Source: Nemertoderma westbladi (Eukaryota; Animalia; Xenacoelomorpha). Taken from it: DNA of 64,000 bases. Shown one piece after another: positions 34,244 through 45,908 of the stretch. Below the pieces are notes generated by a model. It worked only from the letters and a program-made list of their open reading frames with translations. It ran no database searches and had not been told where the DNA came from. The stretch lies in assembly GCA_032718475.1 (NCBI GenBank), contig JAUCBJ010001930.1, positions 64,062-128,061 of the forward strand, read 5' to 3'. The position numbers and the translations under genes were made by a program. The stretch's first letter is position 1, and each line of letters opens with the position of its first letter.

Positions 34244-36097
34244 ATGATATACTGCTACTCAAGTAAAGGACTAGGGAAGGGTCCAGTTATACTAAGGAAG
34301 AACTGCCGATTATTGTCCCTGCAGGAAATCGGTATAGTCAATCTGACTCGAATGTTGGCTAACGGTATTGTAACATCTGAACGAAAGAAATGGGACGACA
34401 ATAATTGTGCTGATAGTGCAGAGAGCGACAAGTGGACAGCTGTCTCCAAGTGGTTAAAGGAATGGGTGGCTCCCAAACTCCGCAATGATCTATGGAAGTT
34501 CATTCTTCATTCGTATGTGATCTCATTCAACCAGCTGAATTTATTATATAGCCTGTTACCGGTACCAACCAAGAACAAACCAACTTTGAAAGATATAATG
34601 GAGACTTATACGTGTATCTTCCCATCGGATTGTATGCTGCCTCAGTGGCCTGTCAAAGTTGTTATAAATGATGACTTTATAGAAGAGTTCCCTAATGATA
34701 TAGCCCCAGTTCTAATAAGTTGGCTTCCCAAGATGGCTGGCGCTCTCCAAACTCTCGATACCACAGGTTTTGTTGATGAAGATCCTCATTTGCAAGGATT
34801 CCAAAACTTGGAGCAAGGACTCCATAACTTGGATAAAGTTTTAACGCAATCTGTTTTGTTCCCCCAACTTACATCATTGACCATCTTTCATCTGAATTTC
34901 AATTCCAATACCGTCAAGAGTATTGCGAGTTGTTGCCCTAATCTGGTGAATCTACAAATTAAAAGATGGCTCCTCGGTGACCTAGGGGAGCTACTCTCCG
35001 ATTTTGGTTTATTTTCGGATTCTTTTCTGTCCCACCTAAAAAAATTGGAAAAATTAAGCATTGAACTTTTCATTAAAACTGCAGATTCGATTGAAACAAT
35101 TCTTGACTACCATTTAAAAAATCCAAAGTTATCTATGGCGGTTGACAAAAGTATGGAATTGCTTGATGTATTTATGAGACGTCACAACTGGACGAAAGGT
35201 GGCGACCCTCTAATCGGTTTCGACTTCATTAATTTCAATCTTTATAATCGACCTATTGGCTCTCCTTCTTTTACCATCCCCAGAGTGCCAATGGTTAATA
35301 ACCTTACAGAGTTTGTTATTCCCCTTTGCAAGGACTCATTAGAAAGTCTCACGTTAAGTTGGGAGTATGATTCATCAAATTTCGATTTGCTACTTGATCA
35401 ACATTTATTCAATCTGATGAATAAATTCCAGAAACTATCTTCATTGACTCTTGAAGAGGTATCTACTTGCAATCTTCCCAACTTCATTAGTACAGCCGCC
35501 AAAGACGGTATTGTTTTATCTGGAGTAACTTATTTTAAATTGGTACACAGCACCGCATACTGGCCCAGAGATGGTGGTCTCCTCTCCTTGGAGGATTTGT
35601 TTGCATTATTTCCAAATATACAATCATTGGTTCTAGAGGGTTGCACCTTGAGAGACACAGACACTCCTCCATTTATTGAGTCAGTTTCAGCACTGGATAT
35701 GAAGCGTTGTTGCTACGGAAGTGTAAAAATCGCCCTGCGATCGCTATCCTGTCTGAATACACTTCGGGTTGAATTAGATCATCATCCTCCAAAAGAACAA
35801 TCATTTGATGACGTCGAGAGCATTTTCAATGCCGGTAATTTGGAAGATCTAATAAACTGTCGTATCAAGTATATGAGCTGCTATTTTCACTATGTTGAGC
35901 AATTTTGTGACTTCGTGTGGAGAAGGTGCAGTAAGTTGCAACACTTTTATATCAATAATGGTGCTATTTATGATTATAGTGATGATGAGTATGATGAGTA
36001 TGATGATGAAGACGACTATAACTTCTATGACTATGGCTACGATTATGATGACGAAGACTTCGACTATAGTGGATACAACTTTGATGACGATTACTAA
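34244..36097 (+). CDS. BC-box/LRR-like protein (candidate cullin-ligase substrate receptor) with a D/Y-rich acidic tail
   Basis: 617-aa ORF with SLQEIGIVNL (BC-box-like), APKLRNDL (cullin-box-like), repeated LxxLxL motifs (FPQLTSLTI, CPNLVNLQI, LKKLEKLSI, FPNIQSLVL) and an acidic C-terminus. Confidence 0.65.
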   Translation: MIYCYSSKGLGKGPVILRKNCRLLSLQEIGIVNLTRMLANGIVTSERKKWDDNNCADSAESDKWTAVSKWLKEWVAPKLRNDLWKFILHSYVISFNQLNLLYSLLPVPTKNKPTLKDIMETYTCIFPSDCMLPQWPVKVVINDDFIEEFPNDIAPVLISWLPKMAGALQTLDTTGFVDEDPHLQGFQNLEQGLHNLDKVLTQSVLFPQLTSLTIFHLNFNSNTVKSIASCCPNLVNLQIKRWLLGDLGELLSDFGLFSDSFLSHLKKLEKLSIELFIKTADSIETILDYHLKNPKLSMAVDKSMELLDVFMRRHNWTKGGDPLIGFDFINFNLYNRPIGSPSFTIPRVPMVNNLTEFVIPLCKDSLESLTLSWEYDSSNFDLLLDQHLFNLMNKFQKLSSLTLEEVSTCNLPNFISTAAKDGIVLSGVTYFKLVHSTAYWPRDGGLLSLEDLFALFPNIQSLVLEGCTLRDTDTPPFIESVSALDMKRCCYGSVKIALRSLSCLNTLRVELDHHPPKEQSFDDVESIFNAGNLEDLINCRIKYMSCYFHYVEQFCDFVWRRCSKLQHFYINNGAIYDYSDDEYDEYDDEDDYNFYDYGYDYDDEDFDYSGYNFDDDY

Positions 36098-37022
36098 TAT
36101 TATGAATTAATATTGTAGCCTTTTAAGTTTCTGAAGAATTAGTAATAGGAGGGACATTGACATATGTTTGCTCTGTTTCTTTTGCAGTTATACGGAAATA
36201 CCGGTATACAGTATACTAAATTCGATTTCTATAAAACATTCTCAAATGCGTTCGTTCATGTTGTCATTTTGTAACCAGATTGTGTAAAATATTTTATATT
36301 AACCTACCTACCTGTAGAAGTACAGGGGAATAAATAAATAATAAATCACTCTGCTATGTTAGTTTGCGTGCTTTTAAGCTAAATGACTGTTAGTTGCACA
36401 GTGTATTGGCTACTATTGATTGCACTGTGCTCTCATCTAATTATTGTTTTTTTTTTAAATCTTTGTGCCAACATTAATACTGTGGAGGCTGTATGCTTCT
36501 TATAAGGCAGAATGTTTACTCAGCCTCATAATGATCATCCATAAGGCTAACATTCAGTAGTTTGAAATATAAAAATCTGTTATAATAATAATATAATTGT
36601 TGTATTTAATTAATATCGTGGTTTACGTTGAACAGTGTCAATTGTTAATCGCGGTTTACATTGAAACATCTCAACTTGTTTTATTTATTACAAAAATAAG
36701 AACGAATTTGTCTTATCACTTCTTGTGCGCGATTGTATTGAATTCATGACAATTGCTGTTATTATTAATTAATCAATTGACACCTCGACTCCTCTCCGAC
36801 TACTCTATCCGATAGCTCTATCACATTTCGCTAACTGCCTCCTCTATCTTCTAGAATCACAACAGCTTTTATAATTCATTAGATGATTACAACATAATAA
36901 TTATAGTTTGAAGTTGTCTAGAAAATTTCTCGTACACCACCGGGACTACCCTCACACTAATTGATTATCAGACAGAACAAAAAGCTTTTACTTGATTCGT
37001 ACTGTCTCCCACGACTTGCTTC

Positions 37023-37046
37023 ACGGGCCGCTACGCCCGTCTCTAG
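37023..37046 (+). mobile_element. Possible Helitron 3' terminus
   Basis: Hairpin ACGGGC-CGCTAC-GCCCGT followed by CTAG|T. The 5' end was not located. Confidence 0.35.
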
Positions 37047-38257
37047 TTACATATAAGTGCCTTTTTAACGAATGTATAACCGATTAATCAGGAATAAAGG
37101 TTGGACTTTATTCTCATAAGGCTACAAATAATTGGGTGTAAGTGAAATGATTCTCTGAAAGATACAATTTGTGAATTTTCGCCGTTCCCTTAACCACTTT
37201 GATTTCAATTTATTTAATGACTGACACTGAACAACGTAAATGTCACATACAGATATTTTCTTAATTTCAATAGATTTTTCTAATACTGCGGACGATAAAG
37301 TTGTGTCTCGCGAGCAGGGATAGCGAAACGAAACAATCTAGTCACATAAAACTTTCAATTCGTTTCTAACATTTTAAATTCGATTTCGTTTTTTTGTTTC
37401 ACTTTCATTTTGTATAAATTCGGTTCTCTATCCATACGCCCCCATGTGGTCACATGAATACAAAATATTATATTTATTATAAATAGGTGTTGACGCAAAT
37501 CCCATCTTGGCGAATTAATATATCTTCTCAAATTTACATAGTTAAGGTTTCAGAGACACGTTATTCTAACCAAAACAATAAAGCAATGAATGACAAGTCA
37601 ATAGAACAGGTTTCTGTTTTACTGTTTATTGAATGTTATCTTAGATGTTTTAGAAGTCGGAAATTGTATTTGGGTAATTGACAGGCATTCTGTTATGTCT
37701 GAATGACAAAGTCCTGCGTCGTTTGGTCATTCAGTGCTAACTCACCGCTAATTGTCTCTATGATTCATCAAAAATAACAATACTAACTATAAGTCACTCT
37801 TCATAAAATAGCACTTTAAAGCGTTACGGCACGAGTGATTAATAATAGGGTATATTAAATAATAGAATGAGGGCCGTAAAACCTTTAATGTGCTCATTAT
37901 GAACAATGGCGAATCTAATTTTATTTATTTGTGGGGAATTATTTGTAATTATGCTCTTAAACTTTCTAGAACAACCTAATGATGGCGCGGTGACATACTG
38001 GATATAAATAGTAAATGTATGGCGTAGGGACATACTGAAACATAATGTTGCACTGCGATATAAAGTTGGAAATATGTCGCCCTGGCGATTTGGTAGTGCG
38101 AAATTATTTCCATACAAGTAAATAACAAAATTTATATAAATAGCATAATGGAAAATAAATAAGTTCTAGAATAAATTCTAGAAAAATGGAAAACAAACGA
38201 ACTGAATCCGTTCAATGTTGCAGTCCAAACATTAAAAGTTTAAAAGTCAACTTTAAA

Positions 38258-38727
38258 AGTAGATAGAGGGAGTGAGGGTGTAGATAGAGGGAGTGAGGGT
38301 GTAGATAGAGGGAGTGAGGGTGTAGATAGAGGGAGTGAGGGTGTAGATAGAGGGAGTGAGGGTGTAGATAGAGGGAGTGAGGGTGTAGATAGAGGGAGTG
38401 AGGGAGGGTGTAGATAGAGGGAGTGAGGGTGTAGATAGAGGGAGTGAGGGTGTAGATAGAGGGAGTGAGGGTGTAGATAGAGGGAGTGAGGGTGTAGATA
38501 GAGGGAGTGAGGGAGGGTGTAGATAGAGGGAGTGAGGGTGTAGATAGAGGGAGTGAGGGTGTAGATAGAGGGAGTGAGGGTGTAGATAGAGGGAGTGAGG
38601 GTGTAGATAGAGGGAGTGAGGGTGTAGATAGAGGGAGTGAGGGTGTAGATAGAGGGAGTGAGGGTGTAGATAGAGGGAGTGAGGGTGTAGATAGAGGGAG
38701 TGAGGGTGTAGATAGAGGGAGTGAGGG
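38258..38727. repeat. 21-bp minisatellite (GTAGATAGAGGGAGTGAGGGT)n
   Basis: Highly homogeneous tandem array of about 22 copies. Confidence 0.95.
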
Positions 38728-39109
38728 TAACAGAATCTGTAGATAGAGGGATGTCGGGAAACCACAATCTGTACTCATGACACTTCATTATGTTAATTAC
38801 TTAACTAATTACTAACTATAATTAATTACTATATTAAACAACTTCACTATTTCACATTCTACTTCAAAAGCAGAAGCTTCGGATTGGCTCCGGATTCAGA
38901 CCTTACACCCTTGATTTTAGCCTATCGTAGTGTATTGTCTCAAACCGATTTGTACTGTATAGAATAGTAACGTATTTATTGTATTGTATTGCCTGTATTT
39001 TACTGTATCGTATTGCATTGTATTGTATCGTATTGCATTGTATCGTATTGTATTGTATAGTAAAGTATTGTATTATCTGGTATTGTACTGTAAAGCATTT
39101 TATTGTATT

Positions 39110-39330
39110 GTTTAGTGTTCTATTGTAAAGTACTGTATCATATTATAGTGTTTAGTGTTCTATTGTAAAGTACTGTATCATATTATAGTGTTTAGTGTTC
39201 TATTGTAAAGTACTGTATCATATTATAGTGTTTAGTGTTCTATTGTAAAGTACTGTATCATATTATAGTGTTTAGTGTTCTATTGTAAAGTACTGTATCA
39301 TATTATAGTGTTTAGTGTTGTATTGTAAAG
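39110..39330. repeat. 40-bp tandem repeat, preceded by an (ATTGT)n-like microsatellite
   Basis: TTTAGTGTTCTATTGTAAAGTACTGTATCATATTATAGTG occurs about 5 times. Confidence 0.9.
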
Positions 39331-39758
39331 TTTTGTACTGTATTACATTGTTTAGTATTGTATTGTAAAGTTTTGTAATTAAATGATTAATTGTTAGCAT
39401 TTGCATTGTTAAATTTATAATTACTTTCTATTTACATGACATACTGTTTAAAATTACCAAGTGCCTAATTAAAACTTTACTTTCATAGAAAGCTTTGGCT
39501 TATTTTACGATTACATGCAATACCTCTTTAATTAGCTTATTCATAAATAAACAAAATGATTGGCTCCCGTTGGCTCTGTTGCTCCCCTAGTTGACACAAC
39601 CCAAACTCAACCCGCCCGCCCCGATAGGACAGATAGGCTACACCAGTTGTAGGCTATTCAATGAAATAATTTAACATCTCTATCAATCTGTATAATATTA
39701 TATTGCAAAGGTTACAGAGTTACATACGGTTATATACCTAAAGTAATTAATAACTAAA

Positions 39759-41075
39759 TCAAGCAATTATTTTGGCCGCCTCATTTCTAACGGCGTTAGT
39801 CAAACTCTCATTAATAAGAAAAATAAATCTCAATCCTGCGATCTCCACAACCGAGTTGTTGTACAACCGACGACGAAATCCCTTCAACACCGGCCGTCCG
39901 TTTACGTAGAACGGTCGCTGCCCGTCGTTACTCAGATGGAACTCCCCCGTGTGTCGCAGACGGATTGTCCCCTGTTTGCGGGACACCTTGGTGGCGGGAC
40001 CCTCCAGGGACAGATCCACATCGACAGGGGCGCCGCTAGTGGATCGACCCAAGGTGATCTCCTTGGATCGCATGAGATAGCGGACTAATCGACCGCGTAG
40101 CACCGCGAGGGTCTGCGAATCGAATGTGGGTCCGGTCTGGGCGGTCACGTTCTCGACCATAGCGCCCCAACGACCAACCTCCTCCTCCAGTAGGAGGATG
40201 TCCCGTTTGTGTTTGCGGTCAGCCACTGCGACTTCCCTCTCCAAGGCCTCGTCTCTCGAATCCATAAGAGCCAAATCGTCTATCATATCCTCGGCGTCGC
40301 TGAAGTTTAGAACGTGATCCCCTTTAGGAAGACTCTGAACACTCTGATCCTCCAATAGATGGAAATGTTTCAAGAGACCCCAATGTTTGTGTAGAGATTG
40401 GGGAGTCCTACTTCGGTGGAAGTTAGCCGAATTCTCGTTCATTAATCGCTCGAACGTCCCAATATCCGGCTGGGACGTCGACTTAATCGAACTCAAGACG
40501 GATTCCTCCTGCGGAGAGAAGAACAACTTCCTGTCGAGTATCAACAACTCGTCGGGATGAAGGTGACTAATCGCCTCGAAGGAAAGCTTCGTGACCAACG
40601 GGCAGTAGAGTAGGTTGTGCCAGCGCTCTTGGAGTTCCTTCAAAGTGAAATGGCAGGAGAACTTAGTGGCTCGGAACACTGTGAGCAGACAGTTGGTGCG
40701 AAGGACTCCATTTATTAGCAACACGTCATCCTGTGACTTCCATCTCCCAACATTCTTCATGGTATATTTCGGTTTAGTAAACTTTTTACCGCTGTTTACA
40801 CTCAGTCGAAAGATTCGATCGCGTTCCATTATTACAGGAATCGGTGTGAAGGAATATTTCGGAGTTGGTGTTCTTCCGGCTTTAGGTGAGATTCCGGTAT
40901 TGGAAACCGGAGATTCGGTGTGATGGGAGACTAGCGGACTGGTTTTGGACGTGAGTCGCAACTCCGGAAGGAGCAGACCCCCTTCGTCTAATTTTCGTCG
41001 TTTTGTGGAACGCGTCTCTCTAGATCCCGGCGTTTCCTTGTCTCCATCCAATCCTTCGCACATGGCAGTATCCAT
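39759..41075 (-). CDS. MCRS1: Microspherule protein 1 (MSP58; INO80/NSL complex subunit)
   Basis: N-terminal RWKSQDDVLLINGV...FSCHFTLKELQERW and C-terminal FHA LAVLRGRLVRYLMRSKEITLGR...VDVDLSLEGPATKVSRKQG. The frame stays open upstream to an acceptor-like TTTTTCTATTTACAG at ~41160, so a small upstream exon is possible. Confidence 0.93.
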   Translation of the reverse strand: MDTAMCEGLDGDKETPGSRETRSTKRRKLDEGGLLLPELRLTSKTSPLVSHHTESPVSNTGISPKAGRTPTPKYSFTPIPVIMERDRIFRLSVNSGKKFTKPKYTMKNVGRWKSQDDVLLINGVLRTNCLLTVFRATKFSCHFTLKELQERWHNLLYCPLVTKLSFEAISHLHPDELLILDRKLFFSPQEESVLSSIKSTSQPDIGTFERLMNENSANFHRSRTPQSLHKHWGLLKHFHLLEDQSVQSLPKGDHVLNFSDAEDMIDDLALMDSRDEALEREVAVADRKHKRDILLLEEEVGRWGAMVENVTAQTGPTFDSQTLAVLRGRLVRYLMRSKEITLGRSTSGAPVDVDLSLEGPATKVSRKQGTIRLRHTGEFHLSNDGQRPFYVNGRPVLKGFRRRLYNNSVVEIAGLRFIFLINESLTNAVRNEAAKIIA

Positions 41076-41656
41076 AGCGATGGATGGGTTGTCTGCGCTG
41101 CCCGTCTGAATTTCCTTACAGGAGTCTGTATATCCGGATATACTGTCACTAGTTTCGGGCTGTAAATAGAAAAATACGCACCCATAGGAGTAATAATAAA
41201 GTGTACAAGTTCAAGCGACCAATAAATTGTTTGAAATTGACTTCCAATGGATATTATACATGGAGGTTTTCACATTTAGCATTTAAAATCTGGTCTGGCA
41301 TAAATTCGACTCTTCGTGCAATGGTTATTCCTTAGTATATCGTTACAAAGTTCGTGTAAATTCCCTATCAATTTAATTGAAAGGCAACATTTCAAAATAT
41401 CGGGCTGTACGCTGTACCTTCAACAAACTGTTCAATGGGGGAAATGCCAATATTATTTAGTACTGGTATGGAGTGGTTGCGGTGTATATACCTCCACGCT
41501 CTAACTGCAGACCTGAACTAAATTATATATAGTTATTAATTATATTATAATAATTCAGTAATTATAATTACAATAATATTATATTAAAATAATATAATTT
41601 TATAATAATATAATAATTAAACTTTATTATATAGATCTGTAGATACGACATTTATA

Positions 41657-42322
41657 CACTATGACCCGTAATATAGTGTCATTTTCTGATGACACGGACC
41701 CCCCCCCCCCCCAGATTTTTCTACAAATATTTATCATATTGCCTGAAATTTGAAGCACAACTAGTTCCACTACCGTCGAAGACCCCATGAAGCCGGAATT
41801 TTAGATTTTGACTTTAAATTTTATATATAAGCGTTTTAAAAAGTGTCATTTGCGAAATCGCACCCTCCGTATCATTGCCATTCTTCACATTAGTCGTAAT
41901 TTTTTCATATCATTAAAAAGCTTGCGTTGAAAGGATTCCAAATATGTGACAATGTCTGAATTTCGTTGATACAGCTGAGATATAGGCGTTCAAAGATTTC
42001 AAGAAGTATTGTTCGCTGAAGGCCATTTATTCTATTTAATAAATACACGATGTTCTGGAACATTTTGTTTAAGTATGAATACGCAATAGATATATTGGAT
42101 AGGAATACCGCTGTTGCCAACCAACTTATAAAATAAATAACACATTCTAGAATTTTGTGTATTTATTAAATAGAATAAATGGCCTTCAGCGGACAATAAT
42201 TCTTGCAATCTTTGAACGCCTATATCTCAGCTATTTCTCAACGAAATTCAGATATTGTTACATATTTCGAATCCTTGTAAGGCAAGCTTTTTAATGGTAT
42301 GAAAATATAACGGGTCATGGTG
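41657..42322. mobile_element. TA-flanked MITE (Tc1/mariner-like) with an internal ~140-bp inverted repeat
   Basis: TA|CACTATGACCCGT...ACGGGTCATGGTG|TA; 41905-42048 is inverted at 42157-42302. Confidence 0.7.
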
Positions 42323-42375
42323 TAATTATATAGGGCCTAGTTACATTACATTACGAGGCAAGTTACGTTACAAGA

Positions 42376-43826
42376 CATTAGATACAGCCTAACCGATTTG
42401 CCACAACCAATCAAATATAGCTGTATAGGGTACTCATATGTGTGTTTAACTAAACTAATCTACCAAACAAGGAGGAAGGTTAGGTAACCTGGCAGCATGG
42501 TATGGAGATAACCAGTAAACTAATTAACCAATAAGCAAAAAACTAATAACCAGTGGAGCAGACTTTATACAGACTTTATGACGACAAGCAAGTACAGGAA
42601 AAGCCTACTTCATATGGCGGCCACGTTAATTGATCTTAGGGCATTTATAGCAATGTATTTTAGGTTGAGCTAATAGATTGAATTTTTATTGGTTGTGGCA
42701 AGATCCAGCCAGATATTATTAATTTCTGTCAAATTTTTCACCTTGTCACGGATCCTACTCGGGATTGGGAGACGACACAATAGATTATCGTGGCAGCAGT
42801 GATTGCCACAATATTTCACCGAGACAGCGTTAGTTGAAAGACTGATTGTAGCAGTGATCGATGCCGGGCAAATAGCATTAATTTTATTAGTTTGCCTGTT
42901 GCGTTGGCAACGCTTCTTCGTGGATTTGGAAATAAATTTACCAGAACGGTGACAGTAATATTTATCTACAGTAAAACCATTCTTCGTATAAGTACCACGT
43001 TGTTTTGTGTACATGGAGCGAGTTTTGGTTTCAGTTTCTAATTTCCACTCTAGAAAGTTTTCTCTAATGGGAAACTCAAGATACTCTACGAGGTACGGCT
43101 CATTATGTACAGAAGAAACATGCTCCATGAGTTTCTTAACATTATCACAGATTGCACCGCAAGCACACTGACATGTTGACTTGGACCTGGCAAGTGATAC
43201 CGTGTAGTTACCCTCACTATGGTTTTGAAGTTGGTGTTGCCGCAATGTCCACTGTCTGGTGTACGATTTGTTGCAGTGAATGCAGACAAAATTACGAGCA
43301 GCTTGGTTGACAGGTCCGTCTCGCCTTCGTTCGCTGTGTACTTCAATTCGATGTTTACTTAGACTTTGCCGTGAAGAAAATGGATCAGTGCATGTTCCAA
43401 CATCACATTTAAAGGTTAAAGGTTCCAATTGTGGTGAATTATAGTGAAATATTCTGTTTTGTGTCTCAAAATCGGAATCGCTCGCAACATCCATCGAGCA
43501 ATTAATATAATCGTCAGACAAACAGGTTGAACTTTACTAAAGGTTACGTACAACTTTAAATGAAAATAATTAAGTGTTTACAGTAAATAAGTTAAATAAC
43601 ATCGAAATATATTTTAAAACTAATCGTTATCGCAGGAGTATCACCTATTATAGATTACGGGATTAGACTGTACCGGTAATAAATTAAATATATATGAATG
43701 TTTACGGGAGGGCGGACAGGCGGAACCATTACTGGAAAAAAAAATCCATTATAAGGGAGCTACAATTGGATGATTAATATCTGTGTTCCTATTGGCTGTG
43801 GCAAATCTGTTAGACTGTCTCTAATG
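42376..43826 (-). mobile_element. MULE-like DNA transposon, internally deleted
   Basis: Imperfect ~36-bp TIRs CATTAGATACAGCCTAACCGATTTGCCACAACCAAT / ATTGGCTGTGGCAAATCTGTTAGACTGTCTCTAATG enclose a transposase N-terminal ORF. No TSD is recognisable. Confidence 0.7.
42670..43521 (-). CDS. C2H2 fingers plus WRKY/GCM1-type zinc domain (MULE transposase N-terminus, no DDE domain)
   Basis: Three C2H2-like fingers, then YYCHRSG...KINAICPASI...VKYCGNHCCH. The start codon is uncertain (TTG in the track), and the ORF may end at a splice donor. Confidence 0.7.
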   Translation of the reverse strand: MSDDYINCSMDVASDSDFETQNRIFHYNSPQLEPLTFKCDVGTCTDPFSSRQSLSKHRIEVHSERRRDGPVNQAARNFVCIHCNKSYTRQWTLRQHQLQNHSEGNYTVSLARSKSTCQCACGAICDNVKKLMEHVSSVHNEPYLVEYLEFPIRENFLEWKLETETKTRSMYTKQRGTYTKNGFTVDKYYCHRSGKFISKSTKKRCQRNRQTNKINAICPASITATISLSTNAVSVKYCGNHCCHDNLLCRLPIPSRIRDKVKNLTEINNIWLDLATTNKNSIY

Positions 43827-44452
43827 ATTTTCTCTACTTAGGCCTACCTAATTATATAGCTGTATAGGCCCTACCGCTGTACCCGTCTGCCCGTACTAAC
43901 TAGGGATCAACAGAAGCTTCGGCTTCGCTTCGGGCCGAAGTCTGGAAGTTTGGCCATTCCAGTTCGGCTTTTGCAATTCATACTGCAGAAGCCCGGCAGG
44001 CCCGGAGCAAACTTTGTTAAATATTCCCAAGTATTGCATTGAGCTAAGACTAATCAATCTGACCATCGTTGCACTCATTAATTTTGGACTGAACTTCCAT
44101 TGAAAGTGTAATTTTTTTTAATTGTTTCCAGTTTACTTCAGTCAGTACAGCAGTATACAGCAGTACTTGGGACTTCTGGACTTGGGCAGTTTTTAAAAAT
44201 TAGTTTATTTATACAGTCAGACAGTAGGTAAGGCTGTAAGGTTAGGCTAATTATTGTCATTTTACTCTGTCTGTAGTACTGTAGTAGGCCTACCTATTTT
44301 ACATAGATCATAACTTTGATACATAATACCAAATATACCTACTATCTCATAAATAGTATTAAATAGACTAGGCCTACCGGTACACTCTGTTAGTCAGTTA
44401 GTGAGGTTTTTCTAAATTTTGTGTTACTACAGACTCAGACTGTACGGCTAAC

Positions 44453-44994
44453 CCAGGCTGCAAACCACCACTGAACCGCGCACAACACCTGCACACAATT
44501 TTTCAGCTGCGCAATATTGGACAATATACTGCGCATGCACCGAAAAAAACACGCATTCCACATTCTGACATTTTAACAATGTAAACCAAAAACACACGCG
44601 AGCGAAGCGAGCAAAACTTTTTCATTCACAATGAAAAATGCAGAAATGAAAAAGAAACGCCAGGACGCGAGCAAAACTCAAGCGAGCGAAATTTAGACAT
44701 TTAAGCTATCTGACAATACAAAATGTAAAGAAACGCGAGCGAAGCGAGCGAAATTTTATGTGGCAAATTATTTTTCTCACTTTGGATGCATGAAAAACTT
44801 TTTTAAACCTCATCTGCCTGTCCGCGCTCTTTATGACTTTTGATATTTTGCACAGATTACTGCGCACTTTTGTTGTCTTTCACATAATTTCGCGCACTTT
44901 TATTTCAATTCGGCGCGCTTTTACCGCGCACTATACTGCTATATCCAATACGCACACAACGCGTTGCGATTTTTGCACTTCATTTGCAGCCTGG
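44453..44994. mobile_element. hAT/P-like MITE
   Basis: TIRs CCAGGCTGCAAA / TTTGCAGCCTGG and an 8-bp TSD CGGCTAAC (44445-44452, 44995-45002). Confidence 0.88.
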
Positions 44995-45383
44995 CGGCTA
45001 ACTACAGGTGAAATGAAAATGTTGTGCATACAGTATATTACTTGTAAGTACTACTACTACTTAATATATGACCATTCAGCCATTACACATTACGTTAATA
45101 TACTTACTTAGCCTATTACTTAGCCTATTGAACATCCATTGAAAGTGTAATATTTTTGTGTTTTTATAATTGTATCCGGTTTACTTCCGTACTTAGCTGC
45201 TTGGGTAGTGGGTACCGGTAGTTTTCAAAATTATCTTAATTATACAGTAGTTTAGGTTTTTTTTTTAGTCTAATTATTGCCATTTTACTTTGTAGTACTT
45301 ATTTTTTCTGACTAAATACAAACAGACAAATAGGGCCTACGGTATAATCATTGACTGTTTGATGATACATTTTTTTTCTAATT

Positions 45384-45908
45384 TTAGCCTACCTTAAATT
45401 TTTCTGGAATATTATAAATATCGCCTGCAGATGAAATATGCGCGTCACCGTCACTAGTACGTAATTCCGCCTTGCTATCTCCGTAGTTCGACTGGACGTG
45501 TTCCAGTTTGTCATTAGAGGATTTCCGTTGTTTCTTTGATTGCAGACTATCTTTACCGGTAATCTCCTCTCGTGATTCCTGTATCATTTGCTGTGTATTC
45601 GTCTTTTGCTCAACAATACCAGCGCACACATGGCCAATATCGGGATCGGTGATTATTTTCCCGTCGGTGACTTTAATTATTGGAGCAGTAACGCCAATGT
45701 TATTATCACTTTTCCACTGTAGAAAACATCCTTTACAGCGATAGTTATGTGTTCTATTGCCGTTAATTGCAGATTTAAACTGGAATTCATAAATACGTCC
45801 AGGTGAACGGTTACTAGGATAGTGTATTCGAGGGTGTTTACCGCTTTTGGTCATGCTACAGTAATAATCCTTGGCAAACCCGAATGCAGTCTCTTGTGCT
45901 TGTGCCAT
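45384..45908 (-). CDS. Small zinc-ribbon protein exon, FLYWCH/RYYR-CCHC-like
   Basis: TKSGKHPRIHY...IYEF...NYRCKGC...PIIKVTDGKIITDPDIGHVC. It ends at AAG|GTAGG, a possible splice donor. Confidence 0.55.
   Translation of the reverse strand: MAQAQETAFGFAKDYYCSMTKSGKHPRIHYPSNRSPGRIYEFQFKSAINGNRTHNYRCKGCFLQWKSDNNIGVTAPIIKVTDGKIITDPDIGHVCAGIVEQKTNTQQMIQESREEITGKDSLQSKKQRKSSNDKLEHVQSNYGDSKAELRTSDGDAHISSAGDIYNIPEKFKVG

Noticed and set aside
38212-38788. Three overlapping repeat ORFs
   Set aside because: A 21-bp satellite that lacks stops in all three minus-strand frames.
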